From: Toensbergia leucococca
Lineage: Eukaryota
DNA: 20,000 nt
Assembly: GCA_022813965.1 (NCBI GenBank)
Contig: JALDZS010000110.1
Span: forward strand, 56,956-76,955
Direction: 5' to 3'
Below are positions 10,295 to 20,000 of this stretch, one piece after another. The translations under genes and the position numbers were made by a program. Below the pieces are notes generated by a model. The model did no database searches. It was not told the DNA's origin and saw nothing but the letters and a program-made list of their open reading frames with translations. Position 1 is the stretch's first letter; each line of letters starts with the position of its first letter.

Positions 10295-12463
10295 AACTCG
10301 AGAAGAATGTCCGTCGCCGCATCGATTTGGTAAAAAGCTATAACGATACTTTGTAAGAGATTTAAGGAGGGAAATTAACCCAAGCCCATGACCCCTTTGT
10401 TCCGCTCAGCTCATCACCCCATCTCAACTCGCATCCATTCGCAACGCGGTCATAGATCTCTCGAAGCCTGGTCTCAACTTGACTAGTGAGAGCGGCTTGA
10501 TACCGAGAGCTCCAAGGGTTGCTTCATGGTCTAGAGACGACATTTGAGTCCTTGAATGCTCGGCGGTTGATGGGATCAGTCTCAATGTTTTTTGCGGGTC
10601 TATTCTTGGGTGGATTTTGGCTTTCGAGCTTGCCCTCGTTCGTAGAACGCTTCGCTCCCTGCGTTTGTGATTTTCGGGCCTCGTCAGCACCTACGCCATG
10701 ACGAAAAGGATTTTCATAATTGAGTCCCATTTCTTGCATGCATCATTTCGTTGTCAAAGCTTGATTGGAGGTTTTCCGCGAGTTCCGATGCCCCTAAACA
10801 GTTAGCACCCAGCTCATCAGTGCTTGCGGCTCCTGGAATCGGACTATCAGTAAATAAATAAAGCAGGCATTTATGTGAGGCGCTCTTCGTTGCTGTTGTC
10901 GTTTTCTATCGAGGTTGCTGAGGTCCTGGGAGCTGTTCAGCTTCTAAAGCTAAACTCTGGAGTTGCCGTTCTTGAATCGGGAACTGAGATCATCGCACTT
11001 GACTTTGTAGACTTGACCTTGAAAATAAATCTCTTGGGTTAGGCTATGATTCACAGAATCCAGGTTTTTATGCAGCTTCTTAGTGGAAGCTTCGCAAATT
11101 GGACTCCAACCATGGTTGCGATCAATGCTTTATACTCTTCCTCAAGATGAGTACGTCAGCAATTGCTCTCCTTAATTTTAATGCTGTGAATATGATATAT
11201 ACTGCGTATGATCAAATACGAGTGAAGCCACAGCTAGCTAATATGAAGATGGTCTCAGTGTGTGCATGAAAGCAGGACACAGAGGATGGCGCAAAATTGA
11301 ATGACCAGACACAAGATTCACGAAGGAGCGAGATTTAGTTTGGATGCAGGTGTCATTGCTAGTTTTGGTGGCGACTTCTCTGGCTTTGTGTCTATAAGTG
11401 AAGGAAGGCTTTGAAGGGTCTCGATAATTTGATCAATTTGAGGCAGCCAGTATCTTGTCTTCTCAAATTACAGGAGGAAATTAGATATTTTTGAGAATGT
11501 TCTTTTGGGCCGAACGGAAGCTTCAATGAGATACAAATAGACATTCGCTTGAGAAGTTGAGATGAGGACGCCATCCATTCTGAGCAACTTGAAAAATGTG
11601 GCTTTCAGGGTCTACTATAGATAGTTTGGTCATGGGAATGATTGGTGAATTGAACGCAGCCTCATGTCACATAGAAAGACTAATGCGCTCTTCAATTCGT
11701 TGAATAGCCTTATGACAAAACACCGGATTTCTTGAGGTATAAGATAAGATAACAGCGTTGTAGAAGTATCAGAAGAGAACTAGCCAATGAAGTGATCCAC
11801 AGGCAGATGCACAGGTCTTGTGACTGAGGTCAGACGTTTGACTTCGTAGAGATCACCGTAATTTGCGGAGCTGAGCATGGCGCCCATTCAAGAGCTCGAG
11901 AAAGATATTGGGACTGAAGCAAAAGAAGCAAGTCAATCGTAGTTTCAAAGTGATGAGGAAAAACATGTTGCGCATGGAGAAGATAAGCTTGGAGCGTTTG
12001 GGAATCATCGCGGCGAGAGCTGAATCTATGTTTGATGTTAGTTAGATCTGCGACAATGTAAGAATTATGAGTCTCTTAGTCCAGCTTCCTACTTCATTTC
12101 TAAACAGCAGAGTTCTGTTGTATGTTCGGAGCGCTGTGATCTGAAAAGTGTGTGCTGAGATGATTCTGGGGTGTCTATGACATAGGTCTTGATATGTCGT
12201 GATCTTTCTAGCTTACAGGACTTTCTCGCATGAATTCCAGCTACGTTAGGTCTGTGAAGTCACCAATATTGACTTCTTCTCGTTAGACTCACAGAACACA
12301 CTGACTACTGGTTGACCAATGGTTTTGCACTTTCGCGTACGTCCCTCGCCTGCTCATAAAATTGAGTCAGATGTGGCGATAAATTTTGACGTACCAAGCT
12401 CAGACCTGGGACCTCTGGTGGTTTCTTCCGAAATGTAATCTTCTCACAGTCTGGACTGTTGGG

Positions 12464-13414
12464 CTACGACGCTGCACTTGGTAACTCGAGATAAATTAGC
12501 CACGGGGCGTTCGAAGCTTCGTTTTCCCCATTCATGATAGCAGCGTTGACCATAAGCGATTGTTTCCCGTATACTAGCGGAAAGTGTGTCGGCCTTGGGT
12601 ACATATTTTCGAATTCGCTCTGGCCTTGGGAATCGTGCTCTCTTGTGTCATTTAGATCGAACGGTCCATTTTCTTGCGAGTCCCAGTCCACTACCTTCAT
12701 GCCATTCCCCTCATGAATATGGCCGAAACAATGGATTCGCGGTCTTGCTCTACGCAAAGCCTGAAGCAGATTTCCGCACCCTGCGATACCTTGTTGACAG
12801 TGGTCGAGAATTCCTTTAGGTGGCCCATGAGTCATGACGATATCAACATTCGGAAAGCTGGGAATTGAATGCTTAGCGATAGATTCGACTCCATCGGCCA
12901 CCTGATGTGCCTCGTTGAATCTGTCTTGGGTGTGTTCATACGCGAAAGCCCAGTTAAGGAAGGCTGGAGAATATGGCGAGGCGTATATGGTAAACCTGGC
13001 TCCGTTCTTTAAGGTAAAGTCGTACGTCCCCTCGTCTAGATATTTGACACCAGCATCGGCGGCAAGGTGGCCTTTAACGACGTTGGTGGCGCGTATATGG
13101 TCTTCTGGCTCATCACCCTCATCTAAGTTGTTTGTCCAGTACTCCTCATCTAGCTCCAAGTCGTGATTCCCGGCTATGACAAGCTTCAACTCGGCGTCGA
13201 TGGCACCGAGCATTTTGACAGCCTTCTTAAAAGAGGACGATCCACCACACTGCGTAAGGTCACCACAGTGGAGCAATACATCAACCTTAGGGAGAGGCAG
13301 ACGGAGTGGCTGAGGTTGTGGTTTTTCTGTGAAGCCGTCTTCGAATTCGAAATTGTGCGTGTCGGACATGACGAGAAATCGAGTCATAACTGTGGGAGGG
13401 GTCGGCTTAGGCAT
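12464..13414 (-). CDS. Calcineurin-like metallophosphoesterase (MPPED1/2-like family), 316 aa, single exon
   Basis: Intact ORF with all five metal-binding motifs in order: SDTH, HCGDLT, IAGNHD, MTHGPP, FGHIHE; also YASPYSP and the C-terminal VNAAIM segment typical of the family. Confidence 0.93.
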   Translation of the reverse strand: MPKPTPPTVMTRFLVMSDTHNFEFEDGFTEKPQPQPLRLPLPKVDVLLHCGDLTQCGGSSSFKKAVKMLGAIDAELKLVIAGNHDLELDEEYWTNNLDEGDEPEDHIRATNVVKGHLAADAGVKYLDEGTYDFTLKNGARFTIYASPYSPAFLNWAFAYEHTQDRFNEAHQVADGVESIAKHSIPSFPNVDIVMTHGPPKGILDHCQQGIAGCGNLLQALRRARPRIHCFGHIHEGNGMKVVDWDSQENGPFDLNDTREHDSQGQSEFENMYPRPTHFPLVYGKQSLMVNAAIMNGENEASNAPWLIYLELPSAAS

Positions 13415-14819
13415 TGTCTATAGACGTCCAAGGGTTTCGAAGAAAGAGATGGTGAGATGCCAAGAAGCTATGAACGACGGACAATTAGGCTTGGTGACCA
13501 GTGTGACGAAGGAGTTGATGTAAAGAATATAAAGAAAGATAAAAGAGAAATGTGATGGAGGGATTCCCGATTTTAACCCCTTGCTTGACACGCTTGGCTG
13601 AGGTAGTTCTAAATTTGGCTCGTGATTTTTACCCATGTAATAAGGTAGACCAGAATAGGGTTTATTGCTAGCAGCTTGGCAAATTGTTGAAACTTTCCAT
13701 TCGAGCCATAAGAAATCCCTTTATTCATTATTTTCCATTTCTCAAATTCAAAATACCCCCCACTCATCGTTTGTGGGACAAGCAACTCCATCACAGTGTT
13801 TTGTCCGCAGCCTTGTCATCGGTAATGCGATGACTTTGATGCGACTCACTTGCTTTTGACTTGGTATATTCTCCTCGTATGCGTTGCATCATGCAGATAT
13901 CAGAAGCGGCTGCCAAGACCGTGCTTTATCTTTTTACCACCAGGATGCTTTGAATGCCTGTCTTGGTAAGCGTAGGGACGTCATCGGGAGATGCAGATGG
14001 ATTGAAGGGAAAACCCGGGCTCCTCGCGTGGATGAAAGAATGGTGCAATCGAGCTAAGTCAATGATGGATTCTCTCTACCTGTCCACGAGGGAGGAGTGA
14101 AAACACGGGCATCTAAGTTATGTAAGATCTGTGCCTGGGCCTAATGTGACTGCAGTAGTTTCCAATCCATTCAATCCTTTTTCTACTTCATCAGTACTGC
14201 TCTGAACCCCTCTTATGCACACAAGCCTTATCACTCATAAGAATTTCTCTTTTACACTGAGTTTGTTGTCAAGCAAAGAGACTATGAAGACTAAGGGCAA
14301 TCCACAAAGCCAATGTATTAAGCTTTTGAAGCTAGATTCTTCTTCGATCAACCTGAAACCTAGAGACATGGATGTGCAGGCGTATGCTAGGCTTCCTCGC
14401 CTACGTGCAGTAATGCGTTACGCAAAACGTGGCATGTCTGTCAGTTGTATGCATACCACCCCCTCCAGAAGCATGGATTAGACAGGGAGCCGTGGGATGT
14501 TTTCGGAAAATACCTTGTTTTGGTTGGCGCGCTTCGATACCTGAGATGACACACATACCGAAGCTCGCTACGCTGCATTGTGCCCACCCACCCAAGAGGC
14601 ATATTTGTTCTTCAGCCTTGAGTCTGAAAACCTCTTGCGATGTCATGGTACGGTAGCACGGAAGCTTATGAGCTGTAGGCTACAGATCAACCAGAGGTGC
14701 TGTGTCTTATATCAGGAGTGTGCTTCGCCTGGGACACTCAGCATTCGTCAACAGTATTATGCTCTTGATTTACTGACTGATTGCTACTTCGACTTCAGTC
14801 TAAGAAATCTTTTCGAGCC

Positions 14820-16568
14820 ATGACTTCTTTACCTCAACCTAGTGCTGATAGTTCCGTCTTGATGAGCACGCCCGCACTTGTGCCCCCTCCGGGCGTAATC
14901 CCGGATTTCGTCCACCCTCACAGCGATGGCTCTGTTGTCATCGTTGTAGGCGCCATTCTACTTGCTATCATGTTGGTTGCTATCGCTGTGAGGGCCTACT
15001 CAAAGATTTGTATCTCTCGAAAAGTTGATTGGGACGACCGTGCGTCTTACTGTTTGATCCTTTCTCAAATGCTTCAATACTAATTTCCTACCTAGTAACT
15101 TGCGTACTAGCAGCCGTCTGTCGCACCAAGACTGTGAAATCCGTTGGCAGAAGTACTGACAGTGTCATGCGCTCAGCTTGGTGCTATTGCTTATTTTATA
15201 AGCTCAATTTTTGGTATGCAGACCACGCTTGATTTTCATTGATAGTATGCGGGTAGTCATTGCTGATCAACTCGGCGGTTCAGTCATCAAAGCCGGCATG
15301 GGAATACATCAATGGAATCTCCGACTTTCTGATGTCTTAAACGACCGTTATCAACTAGTAAACCTCATCTTCCGTCTTTTGACCAAAATAGGTTAGGGTG
15401 ATGACTGACCATGAGCCCACTTATTAGCCAGGACTTATCACGGTGGTCTTGATATCGCCGGTACTGCTGTTCACAAAACTCACGTTTTTCTTGCTGTACT
15501 TACAGCTTTTCAAGCCAATCAGGTCCCTAGCAGTCAGCATATACTTGGGCATGTTTATCACATGCGGCTTTTACCTCTCCGCCTTTGTAGCCCAGCTCTT
15601 TTACAACACACCTAGTCACGGACATACCTGGATGTCTTATTACACAGAAGGAAGATCTGACATGCCAGCCTTAGTTCTATCGATCGTGACTGGTGTCATC
15701 GGTGTGATCATTGACTTTTACATTTTACTGTTGCCTTTCATTGCAATTTCAAAGCTTCAATTGACACGGAAGCGGAAAATCGGACTTTCTCTGGCATTTG
15801 GTACAGGATCAATGTAAGAGACCTAAGACCAGGCAGCTTCCTCGCTCTAAGGTTTTGTGCGCAATTGCAATCTGACTACCTACGCGTGTCCAGAGCATGC
15901 ATAGCTTCGACGCTATGCCTGTACTTTCGTATCCAGCTTGAACGAAGTGAAGACTATACCTGGGAATACTACCCCATGGTTCTCGTCTCGTAAGCCTCTT
16001 CCTTCGACGACCAGAGAGAGTTTCTATCCTTGCATCCGTTTCCTTTTACCTTTTTGCTAATACAACCCCTTTCTTTTAATTCTCCAGAATCATCGAAATA
16101 TATGTCGGCGTCATCGTCTCCTGCATGCCCTCCTTCGCTCGTGTGCTCCGCCACCACTCGTCTGCAATCGAACGTATTTTCGCCCGTCTCCGATCTCTTC
16201 GGCAGCTTTACCGGAGCCGCCTTTCCAAATACGAGCTGCGGGACCTTGAGGCCAAGGGAGACGGAGTTTTCGCCTTCCATTCGGATGCAGACTCTGAGCG
16301 GAGGTCTGAGGACAGGAGAAGGGAAACTACCCTACCGCCTCTGCGATCGCGACTCGGGCGATTGGAGACGCTGATGAGCTATGTCAACCGTGGAAGTATA
16401 AAGTCTACTGAACATCATACGACCGTCATCGCCACTGATGGGATCAACATGTGTGAGGCTGGGCGGCAGACCGAGTTGCGAGATTCAGCGAGTACGGGGG
16501 AGGAGGTTGGGATTGCACAGCGTATTGTTCTTTCTTTGGCGAGAGGAGGGAGCGTGGTGGAGAGTTGA
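14820..16568 (+). CDS. PTH11-like integral membrane protein (fungal rhodopsin-domain GPCR-like, no CFEM), 437 aa
   Basis: Exons 14820-15039, 15096-15115, 15177-15213, 15284-15357, 15428-15813, 15894-15989 and 16088-16568 total 1314 nt, in frame. Family motifs: PPPGVIPDF, VRAYSK..WDD, GMGIHQWN, KLTFFLLYLQLF, IDFYILLLPF..ISKLQL..KRK..FGTG, DYTW, EIYVGVIVSCMPSF; about 7 hydrophobic segments. Confidence 0.9.
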
Positions 16569-16762
16569 GAGGCGCTGATAGCTATTTCTTAGTACACGAA
16601 GGAGTTGCGGCGGTTTTTTTCAAGCTGACCCTTTTGAATTGGAAAACAGCTTCGCGAATTCAAGGCTTGCTGCTTCAGAGCATTTTGGCGACTGCAGTCG
16701 TTCAACTGTTCCCCAATGCCCGGTCATCACAACACACTAATTCTACTTAGATGCGCAGTAGA

Positions 16763-16850
16763 TACTCTCATTGATAAGTAGGACGATTTAAGTACCCTCA
16801 TTAATAAGAAGAGGTTCTGAATACTCTCATTGAGAATAGAGATTGCAAAG
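16763..16850. repeat. Three degenerate ~30-bp tandem units (TACYCTCATTRA..) at the left edge of the AT-rich block, possibly part of an LTR
   Basis: tactctcattgataag, taccctcattaataag, tactctcattgagaat; followed by TATATAAAG (about 16882) and AATAAA (about 16964). Confidence 0.55.
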
Positions 16851-17140
16851 CACCTTGACATAATTGATGATTATCTCAGTGTATATAAAGCATCAGTAAG
16901 CACATTAGACATTAGGCATGTGAATGTATCTAGCTCTAGAACTGAAAAAGAATAGAGATGGATAATAAATTGAGGCCTGAATAGAACCTTATATCTTCTG
17001 ACTTATGAGACTAAATACTAAGACCCTTTTGATGATTCAGATTTAATCTATCTGAGAGCAGAGAAGATGTGTGAGCTTTGACATAGAAAACACATCAACT
17101 TCTAAAGTCAAGGTAAGAAGAGAAATCAGAACTGTTAGTT

Positions 17141-17279
17141 AGTAGACATGATAAAAAGGAAAACCCTGCGTGTGATATATTACTTATAGATATGATAAAA
17201 GAAAAGAACTACAGATAGTAGATATAATAAAAAGAATAACTCTGCTTGTGATGTATGACTCATAGATATGATGAAAAGA
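17141..17279. repeat. Two-copy direct repeat, period 76 bp
   Basis: agtagacatgataaaaaggaaaaccctgcgtgtgatatattacttatagatatgata vs agtagatataataaaaagaataactctgcttgtgatgtatgactcatagatatgatg; the differences are mostly C/T and G/A transitions. Confidence 0.75.
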
Positions 17280-17417
17280 CACAATAAAAGTTCTCTTGAT
17301 TATAAGACTTAATTGCTAAAGACTATAAGCTTATGAGAAAGCAGGCTGTATATAAGGGTAATTTTCTTATTATTATCAAAATTTTCTTCTTTGAGATTTA
17401 GAGTTTTTACCTATGAT

Positions 17418-17520
17418 CTTTTCTCATTTAGATTATTCTAAAGTTATTACCTTAGGGCTTTTCTTATCTAGATTACTCTTTAAATTTATTATCTCAGAGC
17501 TTTTTCTATTTAAATTAAGA
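17418..17520. repeat. Degenerate ~40-42-bp tandem repeat (2.5 copies)
   Basis: cttttctcatttagattattctaaagttattaccttaggg / cttttcttatctagattactctttaaatttattatctcagag / ctttttctatttaaatta. Confidence 0.6.
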
Positions 17521-18496
17521 TAAATCACCACAGCCTGAGGTGTTTAGAGCCCTCATTTATTAATAAGAATATATACTGTAAATTTAACAAGTTTTACTCA
17601 TAGAGTAAGTATAATAGTAAGAAATGCTGCTCATTTATACTTATTAATAAACAAGATATAGAAAAGACTTATAAGAGTAATAAGAGTCAGAATAAGACTA
17701 CTTTAGTAAACACTAAAGACATCTCTGAGTCTGTAAACATCTTAAAGATTGTTTTATATCTCTTATACTTCAGTCTTTACCAAAGTAGTTAGAATCTTAT
17801 TAATCTCAGTGATAATATCTTATTAAACTAAACTGTAAGTGTCTTGCACACCTTCTTAAACTAAAGTTTTACATACTAATAGCTATGATAATTAATACTT
17901 TTAATAGTCTGAACTATTAGTTTTAAAGATTATAATAGTTTATAAACTATTAAAATTTAAGTTCATAGTTCAGTCTGAAGAGTGTAATAGTTTAGACTAT
18001 TTCAGATTATTAGTTTTAATAGTTTAAGCTCTTATTTTCACTGAAAGCAGTTATGATTATATGTAAATTCTTCTTTATATATAAATCTATTTAAAATTAA
18101 CTCATTAAGTATCTGTTACAGTGTTTTCTTAGAGCTAGGGTAGTAGATAAGTTAGTAAATCTCAGTGACTTGACATCATTATGATATATCTAGTGATTTT
18201 ATGACTAGATAGCAATTTATCTTCTAATTACACTCAGAATTCAGAATCTTAAAAGAGACCCTTACAAATGATAGCAACAGTATTTTAGTTACTTATTAAG
18301 TTTCTTATTATTGACTGAGTACCTATTATTAAACTTATTATTGACTAAGTAAAAGTTCTGAGTAATTCTACTCATTAAAGAACTACGTTCTTATCTCTGA
18401 ATTTCTCTATATATTGATTGTTCTCTCAACCTATCTGCAACCTCTATTTAAATTGAATTATCTACCTAAATTTAATTCTTTATTTAAAGTTAGTAA

Positions 18497-19744
18497 ATGA
18501 CTTTAGCTTCTGACTTTTCTGTAGCAATACTGAATCAACTAAATAAAATAAAAAACTGATTTCTATTCAGCTTTATTACTGCACAAATAACAAGTTAAGA
18601 AAGACTCATAAGAAATTCAGTGAAATGAGAACCTTAAGATCATAAACTCTTAGAGCTCAAGAAATAAATTACTGAAGAAGTGGAATATTTTAAACCTAAT
18701 CATACAGATACTGATAAAATCTCTAAAAGACATACTTTTTATAAAGATGTTTATATCTACATTGATTATCTCTGAGACCTTAAAAAGATGTGAGAAGAAG
18801 AGAAACTAAGAATAATAATATTAAAGACCTTTAGAGAATTAACAACTAGATGATATACCTTAAAACTCAATAAAATAAAAAAGAGATTCTTATAAAATTA
18901 CTCTCTACAAAACTGATATACTGAAATAATTAAAAGGTTTAACACATGCAAATAACTATTCTTTGAGAAACGCTTGCGAAAGTATTATAAGCAATAAAAG
19001 AAGTAACAGAAATGTATGATTATATCTCTTACTTCTTCTTTAATCTCTTTTTTAGCTATTACTTTTATACCTTCTTTATTTGTGACTTTATTTCAAACTT
19101 TAACAGCAACACACACGTCATAGACACTGTTACTACTTATCTCTGAGTGTTATTTTATAAAAAATGCATAATCAGATAGAATCTCAAGAGTCAATTACTC
19201 ACATCAACATAGTAATGATAGTTATAAATCTTTTATAAATGATGTGAAAGTGCTATACAAGACATGTGAGCTAAAATTTTCATTAAAAAACCTCATGCAT
19301 AAGCACATCAGAGCAGCGTACTCAAAGATTAAAGAGATCTCAGTCTCTGTCACATTAAGTTCTTTAGCTTCTTCTCAGACTATAATCTTCACTTCTTCTG
19401 TCATCTCTGTCTCTTTTATTACAACAGTTACTTTTATCACATTAACACTAATAGCTTATTTCATCTCACTCACTTCTTCTGTTATTTTAGATAATAAGAA
19501 CATCTATTTTAAGTTCAGTGAGTTTAGTAAGTTTATCAGTGAGACTAATAAAATCGCTGAGATTAATAAGACCTTTATTTCTGACAGTAACATTTTATCT
19601 ATCAGTGACAATAGCACAATTGTGATTAGTGTATATAATGATAAAGACATATTAGAAACACTTAAGATAGCCTCAGCTACATCTATAACTTTTACTGTCA
19701 TACCTATTACATATATCTTATTAGTCATAAAACTCATAATCTGA
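18497..19744 (+). pseudogene. Degenerate LTR-retrotransposon (probably Ty3/gypsy-type) gag with C2H2 zinc-finger remnant
   Basis: One frame from ATG 18497 reads K*ITEEVEYFKP..HTFYKDVYIYIDYL*DL..M*EEEKLR..TFRELTTR*YTLKL..N*YTEIIKRF. Reverting transitions gives the fungal gag pattern W.AEEVGYFDP..YRDVY..DRL....RG.A..WY..EL...W...I.RF. The same frame continues to LYKTCELKFSLKNLMHKHIR (CxxC..F..N..HxH). Family assignment is from recalled similarity, not a search. Confidence 0.7.
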
Positions 19745-19890
19745 GTTTTTTTTATAATTTATAAGCCTTAATGTGTAAAGACATCACCTTAAATTCACAT
19801 ACTAAATAAGATTAATCTTTAGCATTAGAATTATAAAATTTGAGCATGAATTCATGCACTCAAATTGATTTAAAATCATAGAGAGATAAG

Positions 19891-20000
19891 AGGGTTAGGG
19901 TTAGGGTTAGGGTTAGGGTTAGGGTTAGGGTTAGGGTTAGGGTTAGGGTTAGGGTTAGGGTTAGGGTTAGGGTTAGGGTTAGGGTTAGGGTTAGGGTTAG
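19891..20000 (+). repeat. Telomere (TTAGGG)n, right chromosome end
   Basis: AGGG followed by 17 perfect TTAGGG units (19895-19996) and TTAG running to the window end, with the G-rich strand pointing outward. Confidence 0.99.

Larger units (their letters stand above)
16750..19890. mobile_element. AT-rich, RIP-like hypermutated transposon-derived subtelomeric block
   Basis: Abrupt fall in GC at about 16750, dense stop codons, TpA excess, only 7 CpG counted by eye in 16801-19890, internal degenerate repeats and a gag relic. Confidence 0.85.

Noticed and set aside
12534..13523. Plus-strand ORFs overlapping the metallophosphoesterase
   Set aside because: Antisense shadows of a real gene.
15391..15399. 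GGTTAGGGT inside a PTH11-like intron
   Set aside because: A single telomere-like hexamer is expected by chance.
16763..16850. CRISPR-like repeat-spacer appearance
   Set aside because: Eukaryotic context, short degenerate units and no cas genes.
19244..19744. 166-aa Ile/Ser-rich ORF as a functional membrane protein
   Set aside because: It is in frame with the stop-riddled gag relic, and its composition reflects transition hypermutation.

Overview
Right-hand end of a filamentous ascomycete (Pezizomycotina) chromosome. From left to right: (1) about 2.4 kb of compositionally skewed sequence with possible gene debris; (2) a head-to-head pair formed by a secreted 4xLysM protein gene (minus, 4 exons, 535 aa) and a very intron-rich subgroup-C (killer-toxin-type) GH18 chitinase gene (plus, about 26 exons, about 1,090 aa); (3) an intronless metallophosphoesterase; (4) a 7-exon PTH11-like membrane receptor; (5) about 3.1 kb of AT-rich, hypermutated repeat DNA containing a recognisable retrotransposon gag relic, cut off directly by a TTAGGG telomere. 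The chitinase has two CBM18 modules, four Cys-rich repeats, two KR (Kex2-type) sites and an unrecognised ~234-aa C-terminal domain. It also has one frameshift just upstream of an intact catalytic motif. The best candidate for an undescribed system is the LysM + chitinase pair acting as a zymocin-like carrier for a cleavable, possibly polymorphic toxin tip. All exon structures were inferred by hand from GT..AG, branch sites and reading-frame continuity; no database searches were run.
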